64,000 nucleotides of DNA, taken from assembly GCA_964531275.1 (NCBI GenBank), contig CAZHDZ010000001.1, positions 144,945-208,944 of the forward strand. The letters are read 5' to 3'. Position 1 is the first letter of the stretch. Every line of letters starts with the position of its first letter. Below, piece after piece: positions 21,416 through 30,799 of this stretch. A program made the translations under genes and the position numbers. The DNA comes from an uncultured Gammaproteobacteria bacterium (GTDB taxonomy: Bacteria; Patescibacteriota; Microgenomatia; Levybacterales; GWA1-39-11). The notes below the pieces were generated by a model. That model made no database searches. It had not been told where the DNA came from and saw nothing but the letters and a program-made list of their open reading frames with translations.

Positions 21416-22195
21416 ATGAAAAAAATATCAGTAGTTCTTGCTACATTTAACGAAGAAGAGAATTTGCCAAGATGTTTGGATTCTGTAAAAAATTTAGCAA
21501 GCGAAATAGTTATCGTAGATGGTACTTCTAAGGATAAAACAGTCGAAATAGCTAGGTCATATGGCGCTAATGTTCATGTCACGACAAACCCTCCAAATTT
21601 TCACATAAATAAGCAAAAGGCAATCGATTACGCTACAGGAGACTGGATATTACAAATGGATGCTGATGAAGTTGTTTCTGAGGAGCTTTCTTCAGAAATA
21701 AAAAAAGTTGTAGCAAAAGACCCACAAGAAAATGGTTACTGGATGCCGAGGAAGAATTATTTTTTAGGAAGATTTCTTTTAAAGGGTGGCCAATATCCTG
21801 ATTATACGGTTAGATTATATAAAAAAGGGCTAGGATATCTCCCGCAAAAAGATGTACATGAGCAGGCAGTTATTGAAGGCAAGGTGGGTTATCTAAAAGA
21901 AGCCTTATTGCATTACCCATATAAAGACTTTGCTTTTTATTGTAAAAAGTGGATGCGATACAATCATCTTCTTGCTATGCAAATCAATGAAGATCTAAAG
22001 AAGAAGAATTTTATTTTGAAAATAATTTTAGGAATTGGGTATACACTTGCAAAACCAGCTCACTGGATGTTAACGGCATATGGAAGACACAAAGGTTTTA
22101 TGGATGGATGGCAAGGATTCGTTTTTGCCCTAATGTCAGCGCTTCGATTTCCCGTGTCATATATACTATACTTAAGAAAGGACTTTAGAAATTAG
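21416..22195 (+). CDS. GT2 glycosyltransferase (WaaE/KdtX-like)
   Basis: TFNEEENL, VDGTSKDKT, WILQMDADE, YPDYTVRLY, VHE and GFMDGWQG motifs. Confidence 0.88.
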   Translation: MKKISVVLATFNEEENLPRCLDSVKNLASEIVIVDGTSKDKTVEIARSYGANVHVTTNPPNFHINKQKAIDYATGDWILQMDADEVVSEELSSEIKKVVAKDPQENGYWMPRKNYFLGRFLLKGGQYPDYTVRLYKKGLGYLPQKDVHEQAVIEGKVGYLKEALLHYPYKDFAFYCKKWMRYNHLLAMQINEDLKKKNFILKIILGIGYTLAKPAHWMLTAYGRHKGFMDGWQGFVFALMSALRFPVSYILYLRKDFRN

Positions 22196-22196
22196 T

Positions 22197-23171
22197 ATGG
22201 ATAAAAAAATATTAGTCACAGGAGGGGCAGGGTATATTGGTAGCTTTATGACACGAGCGCTTCTTAACAAAGGATATCAAGTTATTGTTCTTGATAGTCT
22301 TGAAAGGGGCAATCAAGATGTAATTCCCGAAAATGTAGCTTTTTATCAAGGCAAAGTCGGTGATCGTGAACTTCTTCACAAAATATTTCAAGAGAACCCA
22401 TTTGAGGCAGTCATACATTTCGCTGCTTATATTTCCATGAAAGAATCTATGGAAAATCCTGGCCTTTATTTTGAACAGAACACTCATCAAACGCAAATGC
22501 TACTAGATATCTTGCATGAATTAGGAGTCAAAAATATAATCTTTTCTTCAACTGCAGGAGTCTATGGTAATCCTGAAAGAGTACCTATACGGGAAGATGA
22601 CCGCAAAGATCCTACTAATCCTTATGGAGAAAGTAAATTAATGGTGGAAAAAATGCTTGCTTGGCATAATAAAATTTATGGTCTTAATTATGCTGTCTTA
22701 AGGTATTTTAATGCTTGTGGTGCATTATCTGATGGTAGCTTGGGCGAAAGGCACACTCCCGAAACGCATATAATTCCAATAGCTCTAAAATCCGCAAGGG
22801 AAGGTCAAGATTTTGTAATATATGGAAATAACTACAATACTCCTGATGGGACCTGCGTGCGAGACTACATCCACGTTCTAGATCTTGCAGAGGCACATTT
22901 ATTAGCTCTTGAAAAAATAATGGAGCAACCTGGAGGGTATACATATAATGTAGGCACAGGAAAGGGACACAGCAATAAAGAGGTGGCAAGCACAATTCAG
23001 GAAGTAACGGGACTTGCGCTTACAATTCGATTTGAAGACAGAAGACCCGGAGATGCCGATGAGCTAGTTGCAGATGTAAGTAGAATAAAAGACGAACTTC
23101 ACTTCGAGCCCAAATACTCCGACCTCCCAACTATTATCAGGAGTGCATTTGCGTGGCACAGTAATAATTAA
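22197..23171 (+). CDS. galE: UDP-glucose 4-epimerase
   Basis: ILVTGGAGYIGS, IHFAA, FSSTAGVYG, PYGESKLM, LRYFNACG, PETHIIP, DGTCVRDYIHVLDLA and RRPGD motifs. Confidence 0.93.
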   Translation: MDKKILVTGGAGYIGSFMTRALLNKGYQVIVLDSLERGNQDVIPENVAFYQGKVGDRELLHKIFQENPFEAVIHFAAYISMKESMENPGLYFEQNTHQTQMLLDILHELGVKNIIFSSTAGVYGNPERVPIREDDRKDPTNPYGESKLMVEKMLAWHNKIYGLNYAVLRYFNACGALSDGSLGERHTPETHIIPIALKSAREGQDFVIYGNNYNTPDGTCVRDYIHVLDLAEAHLLALEKIMEQPGGYTYNVGTGKGHSNKEVASTIQEVTGLALTIRFEDRRPGDADELVADVSRIKDELHFEPKYSDLPTIIRSAFAWHSNN

Positions 23172-23180
23172 CAGTAAGTT

Positions 23181-24245
23181 ATGCTCATTGCAGTCGACGT
23201 TGCCCCTATAAGTTCCCAGACAGATAGTCAACACAAGGTTCGTGGTGTAGGAATGTACTTAAGCCTTTTGAAAGATAATCTTGAAAAGTATGACAGAAGG
23301 AATAACTATATCTTTAGTTCTAACATCCGGGAGGATGGCAAAGAGGCAGATATAGTACATTATCCATACCTCGATCCTTTTTTTGTAACCTTTCCTATTT
23401 TTAAAAAGAAAAAAACGGTAATTACTGTACACGATCTTATCCCAATTTCATATCCAAAACATTTTCCTGCAGGCGTAAAAGGTAAGATATCTTGGCAAAT
23501 AAATAGAAAAATCCTACATCAAGCAGACCTTATCTTGGCAGACTCAGAAGCTTCCAGGGAAAATATAGTAAAGTTTGTTGGTGTTTCCCACCAAAAAGTT
23601 AAAAGTGTTCTCTTGGGTGTTTCAGAGCATTTTAGGAAAGTAAATCTTCACCAAAATGACAGCGCAGCTATTTCTGAAAAGTACAATCTTCCAAAGAATT
23701 TTTTCTTGTATGTAGGAGATGTCACATGGAATAAAAATCTGCCTACGCTTATTAAAGCCGTTAAAGAGGTTAATATTCCAATCGTCATGGTTGGAAAAGC
23801 TCTGGTTACAGATTTTGACAAATCGAACATGTGGAACAAAGACAGAATAGTAGTTAGTTCAGAGACTAGCTCTAAGCTTTTTATTAAGCCGGGCTTTGTG
23901 AGCGAGGAAGAATTAGTAAAGCTTTACAATATGGCTATTGCAGTATGCATGCCTTCGGTGGATGAAGGATTTGGACTTCCCGTTCTTGAAGGGATGAGTT
24001 GCGGAACTCCAGTTATTGTCTCAGGTAGGGGTAGCTTGCCTGAAGTTGCTGGTGAAGCAGGCATATACGTTGACCACGCTAATTATCTGGATATTGCTTC
24101 TAAAATGCGTGATGTAGCTAACAACCGCGCTGTATATCAAAAATACAGCGACCTTTCCTTGAAGAGGTCACATTTTTTTTCAATTGAAAAAATGATAAGA
24201 GAGACGATTAGTGCATACGAACTTTTAAATGAAAAAACATCTTAA
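23181..24245 (+). CDS. GT4 glycosyltransferase (MtfB-like)
   Basis: RGVGMY, TVHDLIP, LYVGD...KNL, EGFGLPVLEGMSCGTP and SLPEVAG motifs. Confidence 0.9.
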   Translation: MLIAVDVAPISSQTDSQHKVRGVGMYLSLLKDNLEKYDRRNNYIFSSNIREDGKEADIVHYPYLDPFFVTFPIFKKKKTVITVHDLIPISYPKHFPAGVKGKISWQINRKILHQADLILADSEASRENIVKFVGVSHQKVKSVLLGVSEHFRKVNLHQNDSAAISEKYNLPKNFFLYVGDVTWNKNLPTLIKAVKEVNIPIVMVGKALVTDFDKSNMWNKDRIVVSSETSSKLFIKPGFVSEEELVKLYNMAIAVCMPSVDEGFGLPVLEGMSCGTPVIVSGRGSLPEVAGEAGIYVDHANYLDIASKMRDVANNRAVYQKYSDLSLKRSHFFSIEKMIRETISAYELLNEKTS

Positions 24246-25482
24246 TAAAGCTCTCAAAAACCCTCTTTTTGCAGGTTCATTCTTCCTGTTTTCGGGGGGT
24301 CTTTTAGCTAACTTCTTTAACTTTCTTTTTAACTTACTTATGAGTAGAAATTTAATTGTTGAAGAATATGGTCTCCTAACAAGCATTGTTTCATTAATAA
24401 CGTTACTCTCAATTCCCGCAGGTGCAGTAACACCAACAGTTGTAAGCACCGCAGGAGAATATTTTGCGAATAAAAAGAATAATTTTCTTCATGCGTTTTA
24501 TATTAAGCTTTTTCGACCTCTAGCTATTTCAGGAGTAATACTAATGGTGCTGTTCTTCGTTTTTTCAAAACAAGCTGAGGCTTTTTTTAACATTCACAAT
24601 CCACTTTTATTTTTTATAGCAATTATTTGTGTTCTTATTTCATATATGACAACGCTCAATAATTCTTTTGCACAAGCAAGTCTTGCTTTTAGATATTTAT
24701 CTTTCTCAAACGCTATAGCTGCTTTTGTGAAAGTTGCTTGTGCTTTTTTGCTTGTATTAATGGGGTGGGGCTTATATGGGGCAATTTTTGGATTTGTGGC
24801 ATCCACACTCGTTCTATTTGGCTTTGGGATTTATTACCTGAGAGGTATTATATTTTTTAAAGCTGATGCAGTTCCAAGCATTTCATACAAAGAACTTATC
24901 TCATTTGGGATTCCATCAGCGGTAATAATATTTTGCTTGAATGCTCTTATCTCAAACGACATTTTATTAGTTAAGCACTTATTTAGTGCCTATGAAACTG
25001 GGCAATATGCAGGTCTATCGTTAGTTGGCAGAGTTATTTTTTATATTAGTGCTCCCGTAAGTACTGTCATGTTCCCAATCTTAATAAATAGGTATGCTTC
25101 CAACCAAAATTACAAAGGAGTATTGTATCTTTCAATTTTTATAGTCGGTTCTTTCTGTCTGCTGATAACGTTGTTTTATTCCCTTTTTCCTGAGTTTGCT
25201 ATACTTTTCTTCCTTAAAAACAAAGAATACCTCGAAATAAGTAAGTACCTTCCGTTGTTTGGCATATTCATAACTTTATATTCTGTGCTTTCTCTATTTG
25301 CTTACTATTTTCTTTCGATTAAAAAAACAAGTTTTGCTTGGATTCTTCTTTCCGGAACGATTACCCAGGCAGTACTAATATACACATTTCATGCAGATTT
25401 TGGCCAAATTGTGTTATCCTCAATAGCTGTTGCAGCAAGCCTTCTTTTAGTATCTATATATCTACTAAAAGCACAAAAATAG
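24229..25482 (+). CDS. wzx: Wzx-type oligosaccharide flippase (MOP superfamily)
   Basis: 417 aa, about 12 TM. NFLFNLLMSRNL..EEYG and NDILLVKHLF....GQYAGLSLVGRVIF...VMFP motifs. Confidence 0.85.
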   Translation: MKKHLNKALKNPLFAGSFFLFSGGLLANFFNFLFNLLMSRNLIVEEYGLLTSIVSLITLLSIPAGAVTPTVVSTAGEYFANKKNNFLHAFYIKLFRPLAISGVILMVLFFVFSKQAEAFFNIHNPLLFFIAIICVLISYMTTLNNSFAQASLAFRYLSFSNAIAAFVKVACAFLLVLMGWGLYGAIFGFVASTLVLFGFGIYYLRGIIFFKADAVPSISYKELISFGIPSAVIIFCLNALISNDILLVKHLFSAYETGQYAGLSLVGRVIFYISAPVSTVMFPILINRYASNQNYKGVLYLSIFIVGSFCLLITLFYSLFPEFAILFFLKNKEYLEISKYLPLFGIFITLYSVLSLFAYYFLSIKKTSFAWILLSGTITQAVLIYTFHADFGQIVLSSIAVAASLLLVSIYLLKAQK

Positions 25483-25502
25483 TTTTTTCTTCTTTAAGGT
25501 CA

Positions 25503-25531
25503 TTGCTTAATAACGCGAGCTAACTTAAAAT
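25503..25531 (+). promoter_or_regulatory. Sigma70-type promoter with very short leader
   Basis: TTGCTT-17 nt-TAAAAT, then 12 nt to the ATG at 25544. Confidence 0.55.
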
Positions 25532-25543
25532 AGCAGAAAGTCG

Positions 25544-27424
25544 ATGAACAAAGGAAAAATTCGAAGAATCTCCCTCATTATTCCTGCCTACAAACAAGAA
25601 AAAACGATAGTTTCAAATGTCAAAAAGCTGGTTACTGTTATGAAAGAGCTTAAATATGCGTTTGAAATAATTATTGTCGTAGACGGAAGGCTGGACAAAA
25701 CATATGAGAGAATAAAAGAGCATCAGTCATCACGAATCCGAGTTTACCAGTATAAGGACAATCAAGGAAAGGGTTATGCTGTGAAGTTTGGTGCGGCAAA
25801 GGCTAGGGGGGATGTCATTGGTTTTCTGGATGCAGGACTTGATATTGATCCCACAGGGGTCTCGATGCTGTTAAATCATATGATTTGGTATGACGCAGAC
25901 GTTATAGTCGGAAGCAAAATGCATCCAGCGTCACAAGTTGACTATCCATTTTATAGAAAAATGTTTTCGTGGGGATATAGAACTTTTACTCACTTGCTTT
26001 TTGGACTGAGAGTTAAAGACACTCAGGCAGGTATCAAATTTTACAAAAAAAAAGTAGTTGAGGATGTTTTTCCAAGGCTTCTTGTAAAAAATTTTGCATT
26101 TGATATCGAAATTTTGGCTCTTGCTTACGCTCTTGGCTACAAAAGGATTTACGAGGCTCCTATTAGACTACAATTTACAGGCGTAAGCTCAATCACTTCC
26201 AGAAGTCTTTGGAAAATTATTTCATTAATGATAATTGATACTATCGCAATATTTTATAGAGTAAGAATTATAAAATATTACCGAAACAGTAATAAAACGA
26301 ATTGGCTAACGAATAAGAAATCAAGAATATTAGTTCTCAACTGGCGTGATCCCTATCATCCTCTTGCAGGTGGAGCCGAAATATCTTTGAATCAGCACGT
26401 TAAGTATTGGGTAAAAAAAGGCATAGACGTTACGTGGTGCACCTCAAGATACGAAGGAAGCCTGCCAATCGAACGACGCGATGGGATTACCTTTATAAGA
26501 AAGGGAAATCATTTCACAAGCTTTATGATATTTCTCTTTTATTTCAACTTTCACAGAGACAGATACAGCCTCATAATCGATAGTTTTCACTTTTTTCCAT
26601 ACTTTTCAGTTTTTTATAAGAATAAGCCGGAAATTGTAGGACTTATAAATGAAGTTGCGGGAAAAATTTGGTTCAAAAATCTTATTTTCCCCTTGGCTCT
26701 TATTGGATATCTGCTTGAGCCATATATCATTAGACTTTATAAAGGTAGGACCTTCATTACAGGTTCTGAGTCAGCCAGAGACGACTTAGTTAAAATTGGA
26801 ATCTCTAAGAAAAAAATTCATGTTATACATCATGGATTTACGCCATCAAAAAAGTTACAAAAATCGAAAAAGAATCCATTTGGATTGGTGTTTCTTGCCA
26901 GGATATCAAAGGACAAAGGAATTGAGGACGCATTGGAAGTGGTCAAGAAAATATCAAAAAAACACAAAAAGATTGAGCTGACCGTAATTGGTAAAAGTGA
27001 ATCGGATAAATATCAAGCTTATGTTAAAAAACTTATTAAGGACAAAAAGATACAAAAAAATTGCAAGATTGTCGGTTTTGTGAATGAGCAGGAAAAATTT
27101 AGAATTCTGGCTCAGTCAAAGCTTTTGATCCATCCATCCATTAAAGAAGGATGGGGTCTTAACGTGATCGAAGCAAACTCCGTAGGCACTCCAGCAGTTG
27201 GTTACAAAGTTGAAGGATTGGTTGATTCCGTAGTGGATCGCGAAACAGGATTACTTGTACCGATGGATATCGACAACCTTTATGAAGCAACCCTTTCACT
27301 TTTGGATAATCAGGAATTGTACGAGCAGCTTTCGAGGAAAGCTATCGGCTGGTCAAAAAAGTTTAGTTGGAGTGAGGCAGGAAAAGAAAGCTACAATCTT
27401 CTTAAAAAAAGAATGTCGCTTTGA
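25544..27424 (+). CDS. Bifunctional GT2 (DPM/DPG-synthase-like) and GT4 glycosyltransferase fusion
   Basis: N-half: IIPAYKQE, NQGKGYAV, FLDAGLD, DTQAGIK, FAFDIEIL. C-half: LNWRDPYHPLAGGAE, KEGWGLNVIEAN. Confidence 0.88.
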   Translation: MNKGKIRRISLIIPAYKQEKTIVSNVKKLVTVMKELKYAFEIIIVVDGRLDKTYERIKEHQSSRIRVYQYKDNQGKGYAVKFGAAKARGDVIGFLDAGLDIDPTGVSMLLNHMIWYDADVIVGSKMHPASQVDYPFYRKMFSWGYRTFTHLLFGLRVKDTQAGIKFYKKKVVEDVFPRLLVKNFAFDIEILALAYALGYKRIYEAPIRLQFTGVSSITSRSLWKIISLMIIDTIAIFYRVRIIKYYRNSNKTNWLTNKKSRILVLNWRDPYHPLAGGAEISLNQHVKYWVKKGIDVTWCTSRYEGSLPIERRDGITFIRKGNHFTSFMIFLFYFNFHRDRYSLIIDSFHFFPYFSVFYKNKPEIVGLINEVAGKIWFKNLIFPLALIGYLLEPYIIRLYKGRTFITGSESARDDLVKIGISKKKIHVIHHGFTPSKKLQKSKKNPFGLVFLARISKDKGIEDALEVVKKISKKHKKIELTVIGKSESDKYQAYVKKLIKDKKIQKNCKIVGFVNEQEKFRILAQSKLLIHPSIKEGWGLNVIEANSVGTPAVGYKVEGLVDSVVDRETGLLVPMDIDNLYEATLSLLDNQELYEQLSRKAIGWSKKFSWSEAGKESYNLLKKRMSL

Positions 27425-27449
27425 CAGAGAGCTAAATATTGTGTAATCT
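27421..27449 (+). promoter_or_regulatory. Sigma70-type promoter for the aminotransferase cassette
   Basis: Consensus TTGACA (overlapping the upstream TGA stop)-17 nt-TAATCT, then 12 nt to the ATG at 27462. Confidence 0.6.
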
Positions 27450-27461
27450 AGACGAATTGAA

Positions 27462-28619
27462 ATGAATAAGTTTATACATTTTGCGCAACCTCTTTTTGGT
27501 GACGAGGAAAAAAAGGAGGTCATAAAGGCACTTGATTCAGGTTGGGTAACCTTAGGCCCGGGTACAAAAGCATTTGAAGAGCAATTTGCCAGCTATACAG
27601 GTGCTAAATATGCGGTGGCACTTAGTTCATGCACAGCAGCACTTCATTTAGCCCTTATCGCGGCAGGCATAGGCCCAGGCGACGAAGTAATCACTACAAT
27701 TTTTACATTTTCAGCCACAATAAATCCAATACTTCACGTAGGAGGAATACCAGTGCTTGTCGACATAGATGAAAAGACAATGAATATAGACCCGGAACTG
27801 ATAGAGCAGAAGATAACTTCAAAAACAAAAGCAATTATCCCAATGCACTACGGAGGATATCCGTGCGATATGGATAAAATTATGAAGATTGCCAGAAAGC
27901 ATAAGCTCATTGTTATAGAGGATGCTGCTACTGCAATTGGTACAACTTTCAAGAATAAAAGAGTTGGTAATATTGGAGATATGACCTGTTTTTCTTTTCA
28001 CCCAATTAAAAATATGTCAACTGGAGACGGTGGGATGCTTACTACAAATAGTAAGGGGTATGCAGAAAAAGTTGCTCTTTTAAGACTGCATGGAATGAGT
28101 AAAGAAGCATGGAAAAGACATACGGCGGCAGGTTCCTGGAAATATGACATTGTTGTGCCGGGTTTTAAATACAACATGACAGACATTCAGGCAGCATTGG
28201 GAAGAGTGCAACTTAGAAGGCTTGATAAATTTAACCAAACAAGGAAAAAATACGCAAAAATTTATAACAAAGAACTGTCAAAGATTTCTGAAATAACAGT
28301 TCCAACTTTTTCCGAGGATTCAGGTTCTTCCTATGATCTATATACGATAAGGATTAATACAAAAAAACTTTCAGTCTCACGAGATCAGATTGTTGACCTA
28401 CTTAAGGAGAAGGGAATAGGGGTAAGTGTTTATTACATTCCATTATTCGAGTTCAGTTACTTTAAGAGAGAATTGGGTCTTAAGAAAGCTAACTATCCAA
28501 AAGCAGCAAGGGTGTATGAAAATATGATGTCACTTCCTTTGTATCCCAAAATGAGTACTGATGATTTAAAGCGTGTTATAGCTACTCTTTCTGGAATAAT
28601 TAATTCTCACCGTAAATGA
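27462..28619 (+). CDS. DegT/DnrJ/EryC1/StrS PLP sugar aminotransferase (SpsC/ArnB-like)
   Basis: SSCTAALHLAL; FSFHPIKNMSTGDGG with the Schiff-base Lys; LHGMSKEAWKR...GSWKYDIVVPGFKYNMTD, resembling B. subtilis SpsC; SLPLYP. Confidence 0.9.
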   Translation: MNKFIHFAQPLFGDEEKKEVIKALDSGWVTLGPGTKAFEEQFASYTGAKYAVALSSCTAALHLALIAAGIGPGDEVITTIFTFSATINPILHVGGIPVLVDIDEKTMNIDPELIEQKITSKTKAIIPMHYGGYPCDMDKIMKIARKHKLIVIEDAATAIGTTFKNKRVGNIGDMTCFSFHPIKNMSTGDGGMLTTNSKGYAEKVALLRLHGMSKEAWKRHTAAGSWKYDIVVPGFKYNMTDIQAALGRVQLRRLDKFNQTRKKYAKIYNKELSKISEITVPTFSEDSGSSYDLYTIRINTKKLSVSRDQIVDLLKEKGIGVSVYYIPLFEFSYFKRELGLKKANYPKAARVYENMMSLPLYPKMSTDDLKRVIATLSGIINSHRK

Positions 28620-29317
28620 ACCCTCAATACGCCTGGTCTCCAAATAATTTTGATGCAGAAATACTTGGTGTCAATGTTGCAAAAATAACGACAGTTAACG
28701 ATTTAGGATCTATAAAAAAAATGCTCATTGAACTAGCTGATAATAAAATTGAATATGCACATTACAGATTAAAATCTAATGAAATAGAGATTATCCAAGA
28801 GCTTGAGAGAAATGGATTTATTTTTGTTGATGGTACGATTGCATTTATTAATGAGAATTTAGGTAATGATGATAGAATTAATTCAATCCGACTGGTAGAT
28901 CCAAAGGAAATAGAAAATCTTAAAGAAATCGCCTCGACCTTTCATGGCACGCGTTTTTTTAATGATTCACGAATTGATAAGAGAACGGCAACCGAAATAT
29001 ACAAAAGGTGGATCGAAAATTCAGTGAAGGATGAGACGGTCCAGGTTTTTGTATATACTGATGATGAAAAAATTTCAGGATTTGTGACTGTCCAAGATGA
29101 CCATATTGTTCTCATTGCAGTAAAGTCAGAAATGCAGGGTCGAGGGATAGGCAAAAAATTAGTTAAGCATGCCTTAGCTGTTATTAAAAAAAATGGTTTT
29201 AACTCGGCTTATATAGAAACCCAAATGCAGAACATCCCTGCTATTGGTGCCTATATCTCAAACGGATTCAAGGTGCTTGATACTTATGTAACTCTTGCAT
29301 GGGGAAAGACGCCTTAG
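28616..29317 (+). CDS. GNAT N-acetyltransferase (WecD/SpsD-like amino-sugar acetyltransferase)
   Basis: TRFFNDSRI...IYKRWIENS, LIAV...QGRGIGKKL and ETQMQNIPAIGAY...GF, all WecD-like motifs. Confidence 0.85.
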   Translation: MNPQYAWSPNNFDAEILGVNVAKITTVNDLGSIKKMLIELADNKIEYAHYRLKSNEIEIIQELERNGFIFVDGTIAFINENLGNDDRINSIRLVDPKEIENLKEIASTFHGTRFFNDSRIDKRTATEIYKRWIENSVKDETVQVFVYTDDEKISGFVTVQDDHIVLIAVKSEMQGRGIGKKLVKHALAVIKKNGFNSAYIETQMQNIPAIGAYISNGFKVLDTYVTLAWGKTP

Positions 29318-29330
29318 TACAATGCAATCC

Positions 29331-30797
29331 ATGATCCTTTTAGGTCTTATTATCCCCGCGATCGCTATCATTTTTGAATCCTATCCAAGATTAGTTAATA
29401 GAAAGTTTGGGGTGGATATATGGACACATCTTCTTTATCTTAGGGAATACAGAAAACAAAATCGGATTCCTCAAAAAATAACTCATGGATTTCTCGTGCC
29501 GGGAGTTTATGATTACCCACCAGCATTTATATTTATAATGTCTAAATTTCCTGAAAAACTTGTAAAAAAGTATGAATTTTTGTTTTCGCCAATATTTGAT
29601 GCCTTACATCTTTTTTTGATCTTCATCCTAATCGTGAGTATTACGCAGAATATCTATCTAGCTCTTTTAACACAACTGCTTTATGTTGTAACCCCCATTG
29701 TAGTACTTGAGAATTCAAGCGCTACTCCAAGATCTCTTGGATATACCTTATTTTCAATTGTTTTTATGCTTTTGTATTTCTTCGGAGTTAGTCAAAATTT
29801 TTATTACTTTTTAGCCGCAATACTTGCAGGATCACTAATATTCCTATCACATAGATTCACATCTCAAGGATTTCTTTTTTACTCGGTTATTTTTTCGCTG
29901 TATTTTTTAACTCCAAATTTCATCATAGCATTTGTGTTGTCATTTCTTCTTGCTATAGTCTTTTCAAGAAAGTTTTACCTCACAGTTCTTCGTGGCCATT
30001 TGGGAAACTTAAAATTTTGGTATCAAGTAATAGCCTTTAGGTTTTACCATCAGGTTAAAGGAGAGTCTCGAAAGAATTCAAGTAATGATTTTGTCTTTAA
30101 TTTATACAATCAGTTTCTGAAGTTTCCGCCTTTTATTCTTGCTATTACTAACCCTTGGGTAATAGCTAGCGTTTATGGTATTTTGATTGGTACGCACAGT
30201 TCCCTTGTAAGTTATTTCATTGTATGGGTGATCACGTCATATGTATTGGCAATTCTAACTCTGTGGGTTCCCAAATTAAGATTTCTTGGAGAAGGGCAAA
30301 GATATCTGGAATTATCTGCTTTTCCTGCGGCATTTGTTGCAGCTCAACTATTTCTAGAATTCTTTAATAGTAAAAACCCCTTTGTTGTAGCTCTATACTC
30401 TTTTATATCAACTCTTTGCATAGTAACAATAGTTGTAATCCAAAGAAAGGCAATTATTAAAGATAGACTTAGAACAATTACTCCTGAGCTTTCAAATATG
30501 TTTGTTTATCTTAGAGCTCTTAAGAAAAAGCCAAAATTATTATGTATTCCACATCAAATAACTACGAATGTGATTTATCACACAGGATGTCCTGTATTTG
30601 TAAATGCGGACTACACGCATATATCAAGAATTTCAGATGTTTACCCTTATTTAAAATTACCAATTAAAAAAATCATGAAAAAATATGGCCTTGAGATGGT
30701 TCTTCTAAATGAAGAGTATGCAACGGTGAAAGACCTAAGGATACATAAATACAAAATTGTAAAGAGGTTTAGCAATTACGTATTAATTTCAATCTAG
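29331..30797 (+). CDS. Polytopic membrane protein, probable GT-C (paralog of 30800-32287)
   Basis: Start chosen at the 29331 ATG by alignment to the paralog. YPRL.NR.FGVD.WT, PG.YDYPP, TPRSLGY, HRF and GEGQRYLE motifs. Confidence 0.6.
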   Translation: MILLGLIIPAIAIIFESYPRLVNRKFGVDIWTHLLYLREYRKQNRIPQKITHGFLVPGVYDYPPAFIFIMSKFPEKLVKKYEFLFSPIFDALHLFLIFILIVSITQNIYLALLTQLLYVVTPIVVLENSSATPRSLGYTLFSIVFMLLYFFGVSQNFYYFLAAILAGSLIFLSHRFTSQGFLFYSVIFSLYFLTPNFIIAFVLSFLLAIVFSRKFYLTVLRGHLGNLKFWYQVIAFRFYHQVKGESRKNSSNDFVFNLYNQFLKFPPFILAITNPWVIASVYGILIGTHSSLVSYFIVWVITSYVLAILTLWVPKLRFLGEGQRYLELSAFPAAFVAAQLFLEFFNSKNPFVVALYSFISTLCIVTIVVIQRKAIIKDRLRTITPELSNMFVYLRALKKKPKLLCIPHQITTNVIYHTGCPVFVNADYTHISRISDVYPYLKLPIKKIMKKYGLEMVLLNEEYATVKDLRIHKYKIVKRFSNYVLISI

Positions 30798-30799
30798 AA

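Noticed and set aside
26045-26053. A9 run and other A/T8 or G6 homopolymers as possible phase-variation tracts
   Set aside because: Short, in frame, and common in an AT-rich, Lys/Phe-rich coding region; no frameshifted gene was seen.
27462-29317. Legionaminic or pseudaminic acid pathway suggested by the SpsC/SpsD-like pair
   Set aside because: No NeuB-type synthase, hydrolase or cytidylyltransferase is in the window.
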